A stretch of DNA of 64,000 bases from Macrostomum lignano (taxonomy: Eukaryota). Made by a program: the position numbers and the translations under genes. The stretch covers positions 124,001-188,000 of the forward strand of contig NIVC01001533.1 in assembly GCA_002269645.1 (NCBI GenBank), given 5' to 3'. This document shows positions 48,742 through 59,984 of the stretch, one piece after another. The notes beneath the pieces are model-generated. The model was not told where the DNA came from. It worked only from the letters and a program-made list of their open reading frames with translations, and did not search any database. Position 1 is the first letter of the stretch. Every line of letters begins with the position of its first letter.

Positions 48742-49722
48742 CCCTTCACAACAGCTGTGGTCCCCTTTCACAACAGCTGTGGTCCCCCTTCACAATAACT
48801 GTGGTACCCCCTTCACAACAGCTGTGGTCCCCTTCACAACAGCTGTGGTCCCCTACACAACAACTGTGGTCCCTCTTCACAACAGCTGTGGTCCCCCTTC
48901 ACAACAGCTGTGGTCCCCCTTCACAACAACTGTGGTCCCCTACACAACAACTGTGGTCCCCTTCACAACAACTGTGGTCCCCTACACAACAGCTGTGGTC
49001 CCCTTCACAACAACTGTGGTCCCCTTCACAACAGCTGTGGTCCCCCTTCACAACAACTGTGGTCCCCTTCACAACAGCTGTGGTCCTCCTTCACAACAAC
49101 TGTGTTCCCCTACACAACAGCTGTGGTCCCCTTCACAACAGCTGTGGTCCCCCTTCACAACAGCTGTGGTCCCCCTTCACAACAACTGTGGTCCCCTTCA
49201 CAACAGCTGTGGTCCCCTTCACAACAGCTGTGGTCCCCCTTCACAACAACTGTGGTCCCCTTCACAACAGCTGTGGTACCCCCTTCACAACAGCTGTGGT
49301 CCCCCTTCACAACAACTGTGGTCCCCTTCACAACAGCTGTGGTCCCCTTCACAACAGCTGTGGTCCCCCTTCACAACAACTGTGGTCCCCTTCACAACAG
49401 CTGTGGTCCCCTTCACAACAGCTGTGGTCCCCCTTCACAACAACTGTGGTCCCCTTCACAACAGCTGTGGTCCCCCTTCACAACAACTGTGGTCCCTCTT
49501 CAAAACAGCTGTGGTCCCTCTTCACAACAACTGTGGTCCCCTTCACAACAGCTGTGGTCCCCTTCACAACAGCTGTGGTCCCCCTTCACAACAGCTGTGG
49601 TCCCCTTCACAACAACTGTGGTCCCCTTCACAACAGCTGTGGTCCCCTTCACAACAGCTGTGGTCCCCTTCACAACAACTGTGGTACCCCTTCACAACAA
49701 CTGTGGTACCCCCTTCACAACA
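48742..49722. repeat. 21-22 bp minisatellite CACAAC(A/AGC)TGTGGTCCCCTT, about 45 copies
   Basis: Directly visible. Confidence 0.97.
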
Positions 49723-51584
49723 GCTTTGGTGCCCCTGGTGCTTGCGATTCACATGGCGTCCCCATAAAAAATCCTGGCTGCATCCCTCCCTAGCCCGGTA
49801 GCTAATCAGCTCGGTACAGTACAGTTACCCTCTCTCAGGGCAGGGGCGACTTTGTGCTGGTCAAAGAAAGCCCGAATTTCTTTGCTGACGCCTTCCCTCT
49901 CTCTATATTTCTGTAATTCTCTCTAATCTCCCCCTCTTGCTAGAGACATTCCGGAGGTATCTTGAATAATTGAATAAGCTAGAATTGTATTTTCGAACCA
50001 GAATCAGTCACTTATCTTGAATCAACGAAATATACGAGCGTATATTTACATCTGTCAATAGCGTGGTGGATGCTAACACGACAGTGCGACAACAGAGCCA
50101 AAATATGTTGCGAACAAGTGCACAGAGGAGAGTAACACAATGCTTAGACGCACTTTTGTGCAAGCACACTGATATCACACTTCTTTCTCTCCTCTCCTTC
50201 TTCCTAGATCCTCTCACCTTTCCCGGTAAACTCATTTTTAGTATATATTCATAGGAGAGTTTTGAATTTTAGTATATTGGACTAGCACACTAAGCCCCCA
50301 TGGGGGCATTTAAATTCAAAATTCAAACGGAGCGCCCATTGAAAGCATTAAAAAACATCGTTTTTGATTATTTGACCCAGTTCCAATTCGAACTTTTCGT
50401 AAAAAATGGTCATCCGTGGCCGCCGAAAAATTATGAATTTGAAAAAACTCGGCCTGACGGTTCTCGGAAAAATCAGCCGTCCACACCGATCTGTAACTGC
50501 ACCCACTTCCCCATTCTTTGTACCCCGGTCATCTGCGTGTCTTATCCTGATTGACTGGTCCTCCCTGCTCTGCTCTGTCTCTAGTCTCTGCATTTTAGCT
50601 CGTACTGTCTGACTAGGTGTTAATATTTTTGCATCTAATAGTTGCTAGGAAACAATCGACTATTAGGCACAACCGAAAATAAATAAAAATGATGTTAGCT
50701 GGCGAGAGGGCTAGGCTGAGGGTTACAGCTAGTTATAAATAGATCACAACGCATGTATGAAAAGCATTACCATTAGAAAACTTTGCTTTTTTCGACAATT
50801 TTATTTGGTTCTGTTTTAATTTTTTAAGCCAAGCGACTAAAGCCAGGGAAATTTCGAATGTAATAGTCACATTTATTTTTCGATATCATGGTCACGGTCA
50901 CGGAGTGATATACAAGAGATATAGGATTCGCTTAAACAGACAATTAATTGCAAGTAGTCGAAGTGAACGAGACAAATAAATTTATAAATTGAATAAGTTT
51001 ATGCGTAATATTTTTTGTGCAACCTCCTTCCAGTCGAGAAATCTGGCCCCTGGCGTCGTTGTCTCTCTGGGCTGTCCTTGGTCCATCTTCCGCATGGTTA
51101 ATGTGTGCCTTGGAAAATTTACTACATTTACCGTACTTTGATATAATCGAAGAAAAATCTTATAAGCAACACGCTACGAAAATTTTGTACGTTAAAAAGC
51201 AAATAAGGATTAAAACGAATTGGGCGAAAACTTAAATTTAAACGATAAAACCAACTGACAGACTTTTGAGGTGCATCTTTCTAAGCACAAATTGCAATTT
51301 TTCGTGAATTATAACAAAGGTACAGTATCATTGTTAAAAAAGTTGAAAACTGACAATACCCTTGCAGACAAAAGTGCAATAACTTCTTGATCGCTTTTGA
51401 AATATTTAGATACTCGTAGTCTTGAAGTAGTTTTCTACCGGTAGATGCTTGTAAAATCAAAATAAATTTGTTACTCAAAAAATTATTAAAATCCAGGAGT
51501 TACTTCTGCCGCAGCTATGTTAAATAATTAAGGTACAGAGATAAGCTATATCAGGTAACGATACTAGTTAGATCATATGAAGAG

Positions 51585-52228
51585 ATCAGCTAGATCAGCT
51601 AGAGAGATCAGGTAGATCAGCTAGAGAGATCAGGTAGATCAGCTAGAGAGATCAGGTAGATCAGCTAGAGAGATCAGCTAGATAAGCTAGAGGTTGGCTA
51701 GATCAGCTAGAGATTGGCTGGATCAGCTAGAGGTTGGCTGGATCAGCTAGAGGTTGGCTAGATCAGCTAGATCAGCTAGAGGTTGGCTAGATCAGCTAGA
51801 TCAGCTAGAGGTTGGCTGGATCAGCTAGAGATTGGCTGGATCAGCTAGAGGTTGGCTGGATCAGCTAGAGGTTGGCTGGATCAGCTAGATCAGCTAGAGG
51901 TTGGCTGGATCAGCTAGAGATTGGCTAGATCAGCTAGAGGTTGGCTGGATCAGCTAGAGGTTGGCTAGATCAGCTAGATCAGCTAGAGGTTGGCTGGATC
52001 AGCTAGAGATTGGCTGGATCAGCTAGAGGTTGGCTGGATCAGCTAGAGGTTGGCTAGATCAGCTAGATCAGCTAGAGGTTGGCTGGATCAGCTAGAGGTT
52101 GGATGGATCAGCTAGAGGTTGGCTAGATCAGCTAGATCAGCTAGAGGTTGGCTGGATCAGCTAGAGATTGGCTGGATCAGCTAGATCAGCTAGAGGTTGG
52201 CTGGATCAGCTAGAGGTTGGCTAGATCA
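51585..52228. repeat. 20-bp GATCAGCTAGAGGTTGGCTG array interspersed with 10-bp GATCAGCTAG monomers
   Basis: Directly visible. It ends 17 bp past the GPCR stop codon. Confidence 0.95.
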
Positions 52229-52245
52229 GAATAATGATGAAGCAT

Positions 52246-53983
52246 TTAGACAAAAGTCTCTGGAACGGCCCCTTCATCCTGCTTCACTTCCTCTTCGCGA
52301 GCGATTCCGGCGTAGTGGGCCAGCTCCGCCGCGGCTCCCGTCCCGACCGAGGCGTCCCCGCCGGTCAGGCCCTGCTCCAAATTGGCTCCCGATCTCGGCC
52401 TCAGCAGCTGCAGCCGGCGCCTCAGACAGTCCGGCACCATGGCGCAGAATTCCGATCGAAAATTTTCGTTCAAAAAGCCGTAGAGCACCGGGTTGATGCA
52501 GGCGGAGGTCTGCACGAACAGCAGACAGAGCGCCTGTACCAGAGACACGGAGAAGCCGGAGCTGCCATGCTTCAGCTTCTGACCAACTTCAGGCATGGAA
52601 GTCTTTGACTCAGAGGAGGTGGAGGAGTCGAGCTTCATCTGCCAGATCTTGTAATCGCTGTGCAGATTACTAGCTGACAGGGGCAGCCAGGCCAGGCCGA
52701 ACGTCACCACCACCAAGGCCAGCAGGATGTTCGCCCGTCGCTGTCGCCTGTGCTCCGCCCGAAGCCGAACTGTCTGAGTTGCCGTCAGCGAGCTCGCCGA
52801 CTCGTTCCCGCCGAGCAGCCGGCGGCGCAGACGCTGTCGGATGAGGACAAAGGCGACGAGCAGGACGGTGAGCGGAGCGGCGTACTGCACGCACATCGAC
52901 ACGCAGCTGTAAGCCAGCTTGGCAGTTTTGTCCACTTCGTTGGCCGTTCGCTCCCAGCAGATGAGCCGGTCCTCGCCAGCCGACACGGTGTTGTCCCGGG
53001 TGACGATGCCGAACCAGAGCATCGGGCTGGACATGAGGCAGGCGGCCAGCCAGGTGAGCGGCAGAGCGAGGCGCATCCGCCGCTCCAGCGTCCGGTCCAG
53101 GGGTTGCGTGACTGCCTGTCGAAGAAGTTCACAGGAGTTTCAGCTAACTGGGTTTCTCCAAGCCAGTTGCGTGTTGTCGCGGCTTCAACTAAGAAACTAA
53201 GAAGATGATAGCTTTGCTTGCGATTTTTCAACCCCCCTCCAACCTTTGGCGCCTCTCAGTAATTTGCAGTTTCATGATTAACTGCTAATGAGCCTCAATT
53301 CTTACAGCAGCTTTGCATTTACTGTTGCGCCTTTTGCCTTTCTAAACGAAAAAATCGCCAATCAGCATTTCTTGCTTTTAATTTCGCCAGGCGCAAATCA
53401 CAGAGCAGCATCTCCGTCAGTCAGACTTTGGTAAGATTTCGCTTGAGTATATCCGCCTGCAGACAGAACTGGCGAGTGAGGCGACATGACAAAATGATGA
53501 AAGAAATTTCCAGTTGCTTTCACAGATCCAGCATTTGTGAAGAAAATGAATAGGGGTTGACAGGCCTATTCATTTACTTCTTTGCCTTCTCTTTTAGTGC
53601 TGCTATCGGTGCAAGCTCATTAGTTCAACTACTTGAACTTGCACTCTGTAATCCACGGCTAATTCATTTCAAACTGCCTCCTGTCTCTGCTATTATCCTG
53701 TAATGCTTCTTTCGACTCGCAAAACACCATCGGAGTACGGTTTTTTCTCTGAGAGATGAGCTTCCTGTATCCTGCACAGGCGCTGGATTATCCAACCCTC
53801 TTCATCCGCACGCCTGCCTAACAGGTGAGTCGGATTACCTGACGCTTGAAATTGCGTCCCTAGCATATAATTAAACACCGACTCGGTAGTCTGTAACAGA
53901 GTGGGCGACAAGGCGCACGCGATTCGGCTTTAATACCCGGGTGTGACGTATAGGTAAGAAATTTAAGTAAACAAAATGCAGGA

Positions 53984-54034
<51 letters not shown>

Positions 54035-54035
54035 C

Positions 54036-54070
<35 letters not shown>

Positions 54071-54091
54071 CAGTTAGTTAGTTAGTTAGTC

Positions 54092-54126
<35 letters not shown>

Positions 54127-54127
54127 C

Positions 54128-54218
<91 letters not shown>

Positions 54219-55099
54219 CAGTTAGTTAGTTAGTTAGTTAGTCAGTTAGTTCGTTAGTTTGTTTGTTTGTTTGTTTTTTTGTTTTTTTGTTTGTTAAATA
54301 AATAACTAATCAAACTATTGATTCAAGTTTGGGCTATGTTTAGCGCTTCAGCTAGCATTCCCCTTGAAAAAGTACAGAATAATGGCATAAAACCATTTGG
54401 GTGCCTGCGGTTGGATCCTTCTAGGTTTGCGTTTGTTGAGTGCGTTTAGCGGTGAAGTGTGGTGCGTGTGTAGAGTTGCGCCAGTGTCATTTTGTCTTTT
54501 GCGTGCATTATTCGCTGTACACGCCACAGTGTATCTAAGCTTACTGTTACTGCTATTCTCGGCAAACTATTTCAGCCCCAAGCTGTGAAACTCACCCGAC
54601 ATCTGTCTATGGCAATGGCTGTCACGGCGAAAGTGGACGCAAACAGGTTCAGTCCAGTCAGTGCGTTGACGAATTTGCACAGAGCGAGTCCGTAGGTCCA
54701 ACTCGTGGTGGAGAAGAACAGCCGGCGGATGTTGCACGGCTGAGTGAGAACGCAGAGCACGAAGTCGGACATGGCCAGGTTGGCCACCAGAAGGTTGTTC
54801 ACTCCTTTGCGCATGCTACTGCTGAGAAGTACTACGGCCACTAGCAGGCCATTGCCAACCGCGCCAAAGGCAATGAGGCCCACGAAGGCAAACAGAATCG
54901 GTCGAATTTTCAACAGTTCGCGCTGCGCATAGCGTTCGACTTCGTTGATTTCGCGGTGTAGTTTTTGCAGAGCAGCCGTGTTGTTGTGGCACTCGAAGTA
55001 AGCAATTAAGTGCCTGATGTCGAACAAGTTGGTGACTTGCATGTGCTGGATGCAAGAGGTATTGTCCTCCTGCAGTCTGTCTAGGTTCAGTAAATCCAT
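52246..55099 (-). CDS. Class A GPCR, neuropeptide Y/F receptor-like, ~457 aa. Coding exons 54596-55099 and 52246-53115
   Basis: TM1 GN (GAVGNGLLVAVV), TM2 NLAMSDFVLCVLTQP, TM3 AIAIDRCR|AVTQP (phase-0 intron GTGAGT...CGACAG), TM6 FGLAWLP, TM7 SACINPVLYGFLNENFRSEF. The first ATG is at 55099; an additional upstream exon is possible. Confidence 0.9.
53984..54257. repeat. (GTTA)n microsatellite in the GPCR intron
   Basis: About 68 tetranucleotide units with occasional GTCA. Confidence 0.98.
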
Positions 55100-55399
55100 G
55101 CTCTGCAAAATCTCAGGAAATTGAAGATCTGTGGGCAAATATTTATATTTATTGATATCCTGTACGGGAAGGCCTCTTGCCAGATTTTGATAGGCGAAAA
55201 GGAAGTTACGCTCGTAGCTTTATTCTCAACCTAGTCTCTCTCAGATTCGCATTGACCGTAATAACTCTCGATTTGGTGAGAAAATGCAGTCCAAGTGGCG
55301 GATGCAATGCACTCTTACCTGCGTGAATTATCTTAGGTTGCGGAGTAGCAACAGGTAGATGTGATGCGGGAAGCTGGGCAGAACCTATAGGTGTTAATT

Positions 55400-57080
55400 A
55401 TTTGGGCTTGCTGAGTAATCAAGGCTGGAATGACAGCTTATGGAAGGCGAGACTTCCAAGTAGATATGAGAAAACGAGCCATGCGTGGCATTGGATGAGG
55501 CCACAAAGATCTATCGGCCCTTGCCACTGGAATGCGATTGGCTCAGAAACCCAAACCTGAGTTCTGTCTGGCAATGGCGAAGGATTCACCGTCTCAACAT
55601 ATGGGTAAACTGTAAGCGCTTGTAGTTGAAGAAGTCTCTTAACGACCATGGTGGAACATCGCTTTGTATATCTTTACGAGTAATAGTTGTTTTTCTTTGC
55701 TGACCTTGACCCGTGACAGCCTCCGGTGATAAGACCTTCCCTTGTGACAGCCGCGGCGATTTTCAGTAGCGAAAGCACTTAGTAAATAAAGACTTCTAAA
55801 TGATTGATCCATTAGCCTGCATCCGAGCTCAAGCAAGCATTACGCTCTTGCAGCAGACTGCATCCGGACTGTTTTCGACCGTTGTTAAATACTTTTATTT
55901 CTCGGTTTCTCTCTCTCTCTCTCCTTAATATTATTTCTCATGCAATTGGCTTGATTTGCCTCAGTCTTTTACTTATATGGCTTACAAAACGGACATCAAA
56001 AGTTGAAGGCTAAAGATAGTAGCGCGCGAGCTTCTGGCCGAGAAACTGGACTGAGAGGCAAGCATGCCTATTAATCGAGCATCATAATTTGCTATGCATG
56101 GCCATGTTATAGCTTTGTCAAAAATAAAGACGTCTTAATTACGAGAGTAATCCATATACTAAAAATGAGTCCATATGTTTGCATGTGATCGATTTCAGAA
56201 AATAACGTCTAAGGATTTAAGGAGCTCCACCCTTATGCAATGCCGGCTTAGGTGAAAAAACAAGATAATCAATGTTTAGCGCTGGGTTTCCCACTGTTTA
56301 TTCCCCTACCCTGCTGGTTGGGATTCTATTCCACTTAGTACACTCTAGCAGAGCTGAGAATGAGCGATTCGGTCAAGGTCTCGGGTGTGGGGGGGGGGCT
56401 GTCTTTGAGTGAGAAAGTCCTGGTACTTATTGGATTCAGGTTATCACGTCTTCCGCGATAGCTGGTTCGGATCTTATTATCGTCTTGCGATGAAATCTGC
56501 TGCAGCGGAGCACCCTGCTGACATGCACAGTTCGCGCCGATCGCGGTGTCCCAGATGGCCTTCGTGGTATCCAGGGAAACCAAACTTCACCCTGTTCACT
56601 GAATTGTGCCAAACGAACTGGTCATCCAGCAGAAGCAACAAACAGTTGTGTCGTACGCTCGTACAACAGATTTATAGGTGGTGATAACAGGCTGGATTCT
56701 GCCTGGCAGCCATGCAACCCATGCCGGCGAACTCAGAAGTGGCCCACAAAGCTCGGCACGCATATTTTTCTTGTGCTGGCCAGAAACGACTGGACTGTGT
56801 ACCCATCGTGTGGAGGTGCGCGCGAGTTTCTGAAGGTTTTAGAAACTATCATCAAGAACTTCATCGACTCCTCGGGACCAGGTCGTATAAGAGCTGCTCG
56901 GGCACAGCAGCAGCCAGCAGTGGCTCACCAACAGCACTCTCGCTGAAGCGCACTGAAGCCACGACCAACGAAGCGGTGCAGACTGCTACAGAAACGGCCA
57001 GGCCAAGAAAACCGTCTTCTGATGTAGCTCATTTGAAGGCAACCCTGGACTGTGCGCAACCCCCTGTTTTGCCGACTGAC
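55400..57080 (-). pseudogene. Decayed CR1/L2-like LINE RT remnants upstream of the GPCR
   Basis: Minus-strand fragments LLSSPAW..WLPGR, VSLDTTKAIWDT (compare D..KAFD.V) and LLVKIYKAMF (compare L..LYK..VRP) occur in RT order, with stops. Confidence 0.45.
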
Positions 57081-57235
57081 ATGCTGCACAGGCGTGATTT
57101 AAAATCAGTTTTTAGTTTTCAAAGCCGAAGTCAGCTTATATTTAATTTACTTAAACAATGTAACGAATATATAGACTTTTTCGGCAGCAATATAAACTAC
57201 ATATACTTCCACCATAGACATACGGGCGTATCTAG

Positions 57236-58049
57236 CATAGGCGTAGGAACGTTTCAAAAAGTGGGGGGCCAGGTTCAGTGCCGGATTTAGGGGGGGAGCG
57301 CACAGGGCCCACACCTCCGTCGAGTAAGATTTTTTTTATATGGGAAATGCACATGATCATGTACCGATTATTTTCAGAATCGGTGTTGTCAGCACTCATT
57401 TTGGCGCCGCAGGCACTCATTTTGGCGCCGCAGGCATTCATTTTGGCGCCGCAGGCATTCATTTTGGCGCCGCAGGCACTCATTTTGGCGCCGCAGACAC
57501 TCATTTTGGCGCCGCAGGCACTCATTTTGGCGCCGCAGGCACTCATTTTGGCGCCGCAGGCACTCATTTTGGCGCCGCATACACTCATTTTGGCGCCGCA
57601 GGCACTCATTTTGGCGCCGCAGGCACTCATTTTGGCGCCGCAGACACTCATTTTGGCGCCGCAGGCACTCATTTTGGCGCCGCAGGCATTCATTTTGGCG
57701 CCGCAGACACTCATTTTGGCGCCGCAGGCACTCATTTTGGCGCCGCAGACACTCATTTTGGCGCCGCAGGCACTCATTTTGGCGCCGCAGGCATTCATTT
57801 TGGCGCCGCAGACACTCATTTTGGCGCCGCAGGCGCTATGTTTTGTCGTCCTGCAGCAAAATGCATTCATGCAAAGCAGCAAAAACCAGAAATCAGAGTA
57901 AAAACTAAGCAAAAAGTCTACATTTTGCATTTAAAATGTGGAGGGGCCAGGTACCATTACTGCGCGAGGTTACGACTGCACTTTTTAGGACTGACTTTAA
58001 AAAGTGGGGGGCCATGGCCCCACTGTCGCCCCCCGTTCTTACGCCTATG
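57236..58049. mobile_element. 814-bp hAT-like MITE carrying an internal 21-bp tandem array
   Basis: TIRs CATAGGCGTAGGAACG / CGTTCTTACGCCTATG (15/16 match). Perfect 8-bp TSD GTATCTAG at 57228-57235 and 58050-58057. Confidence 0.9.
57393..57832. repeat. 21-bp minisatellite GCAGGCACTCATTTTGGCGCC, about 21 copies, inside the MITE
   Basis: Directly visible. Confidence 0.97.
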
Positions 58050-58865
58050 GTATCTAGACGAAAGTGCGGAAAGTTTCCAGGAAGCACTTGTTTGAGCAGT
58101 ACAGTACAGGTTCATGACGACTAGCGAAGTCGCAGAGCCGTATGCATTGCCTGTAAAAGAGAAATTCAGGGTTCTGTGCTTCAACGCTAGGACCAGGGAT
58201 CAAATGTAAAGTAATCTGATTCAGTTGACATTAGAGGCCGCAGTGCGTGCCATGAAGCAAGAGACTAGAGAGCTCTGCTAGTTAAAAGTGAATTGGACAC
58301 TGTTGGGAGTACATTTTACTATAGTAGAAGTGAGCGAGATTAGGACTGCACTTCTAATTCCACAGTCAAGAGTTTAAGCACCGATTGACCCTTTATCTGA
58401 ATCAAAACAAACTCGCTTCCATGATTTTTTTAACTACTTATAGACTATTCTCAATGCTAATTTCATATTACCTGGATTCTTGAGTTATAGCAGCAGTAAT
58501 ATATTTCATTAATTTTATTCTGCTAGACTTTAAAAATCCCTATTCTGTTAATACATTACGATGTATTTCATCTTCAACTTAAATGCGTATAGAACGCATC
58601 GAAAGACTTCAATCTTGATAGAGATTTGCACAGCAATTACATTCCTGCCCCCTCCTTAGAAAGCTGCTGAAAACTCGCAGACTCCCAGGCGCTAGTCCTC
58701 AGTTACCCTCCCGTCTGCATCACTACAAGTGTCCTTTTAAAATGTGTGAAAACAATAATTACTCAAGTGCTAAGGGACTATGAAAAAGCGTGTTTTTGCT
58801 TTGCTTGACAAACATTCAATTCAGAAGAACTGATGATATTAATATTTTGACAGTAAAATAGCTGT

Positions 58866-59245
58866 TGCGTCCACGCGTGGGTCGACGTAAACCGGAGAGG
58901 CGGTTCAGTGTGTTTGGCTACGCCGATGATCTCGCCCTGCTGTCCTCAACTGTCAAGGACGCCCAGCAACAACTGGACAAGCTAGTTGCTGTTGCGGCGA
59001 GTGTCGGCCTGGTGGTCAACACGCAGAAGACCGTCGTGCTCTGCGTGCCGGACGACATCGAGGCTGCGATTTTGTTCCGAGGCGCTGATGGACAGGCGAC
59101 AGAGCTTCCGCGTTGTCAGCAGTCCGTCTACCTTGGCGATCTGGTTCCCGCGTCCGCGAGGATTTGCCGCGTCGCCGCGGGCTTGCCTGGGCTGCCTTTC
59201 GTTCTGTGAGGGCAGTCTTGCAGTCCGAGGCCTTACCTGACCGCC
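58866..59245 (+). mobile_element. Internal RTE-like RT fragment (same broad family as 13531-14400)
   Basis: FGYADDLALLSSTVKDAQQQLDKLVAVAASVGLVVNTQKTVVLC...YLG, then frameshifted RRRGLAWAAFRSVRAVLQSEALPDR. Confidence 0.85.
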
Positions 59246-59984
59246 AGATGCTGTTACTTGTTGCTGTTTGTTTTGTTGTTGGTTGCAGAGTGCGCCTTCG
59301 AGGGGGGCTCAGTGTATTGTTTATTAATCTACTTGAATAATCATGAGCGACACTGTTTAGTCTGTTTAAACACTGTTTAAACTTAATATCCAACTCTGAA
59401 GACACGATGTCTGCAGCCCTCCGATCAAAAGACTTTTCCATGAAATTCTCCAGCGTATTGAAACAAAAAATAAATAAAAATTGAGAGGACCGCAATTAGA
59501 AGGTTAGAAATAGCAATAGTGGATATTTATTAAAATTTTACGAAAACTAAGTTGAGAGTAGCCAAGAACAAACCATATTGTGGATGAAATTTTAGTGCCA
59601 TAACAAAACGGAAAAAAGTATCATGTCGTTAGACTGAGTATGTAATAAAAACTACGAATGGAATATTTTAAAACAAACGAACTCTTGCAGCATTTTTGAC
59701 CGGAAGAGTCAATGATTTTTAGGGAAAATCTGCCTTAAAAAAGTATTCGAGTTCAGTTAGAACTAAGATAATACGAACGGTTAGATTTGTTAACATCTAG
59801 ATAATGGCTAGTGAATTTCATACTTCCTAGAATTTCTAAGCCGCGTCTTTGATTACACGTAGTTGATAATGGCGGATCTTTTTGAATGTGAAATAGCAAA
59901 CATTAATATAATTATAGTCTGTCAGAGTCCGAGAATCATAGCCCAGGTCATTGTGGTTGCGAGGTGTGCAGCTCAGAACCGGCT

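Noticed and set aside
48735-49801. 285-352 aa repetitive ORFs
   Set aside because: 21-22 bp satellite artefact.
57232-58095. CGAKMSA and coiled-coil-like RRQNECL repeat ORFs
   Set aside because: A 21-bp array inside a MITE delimited by TIRs and a TSD.
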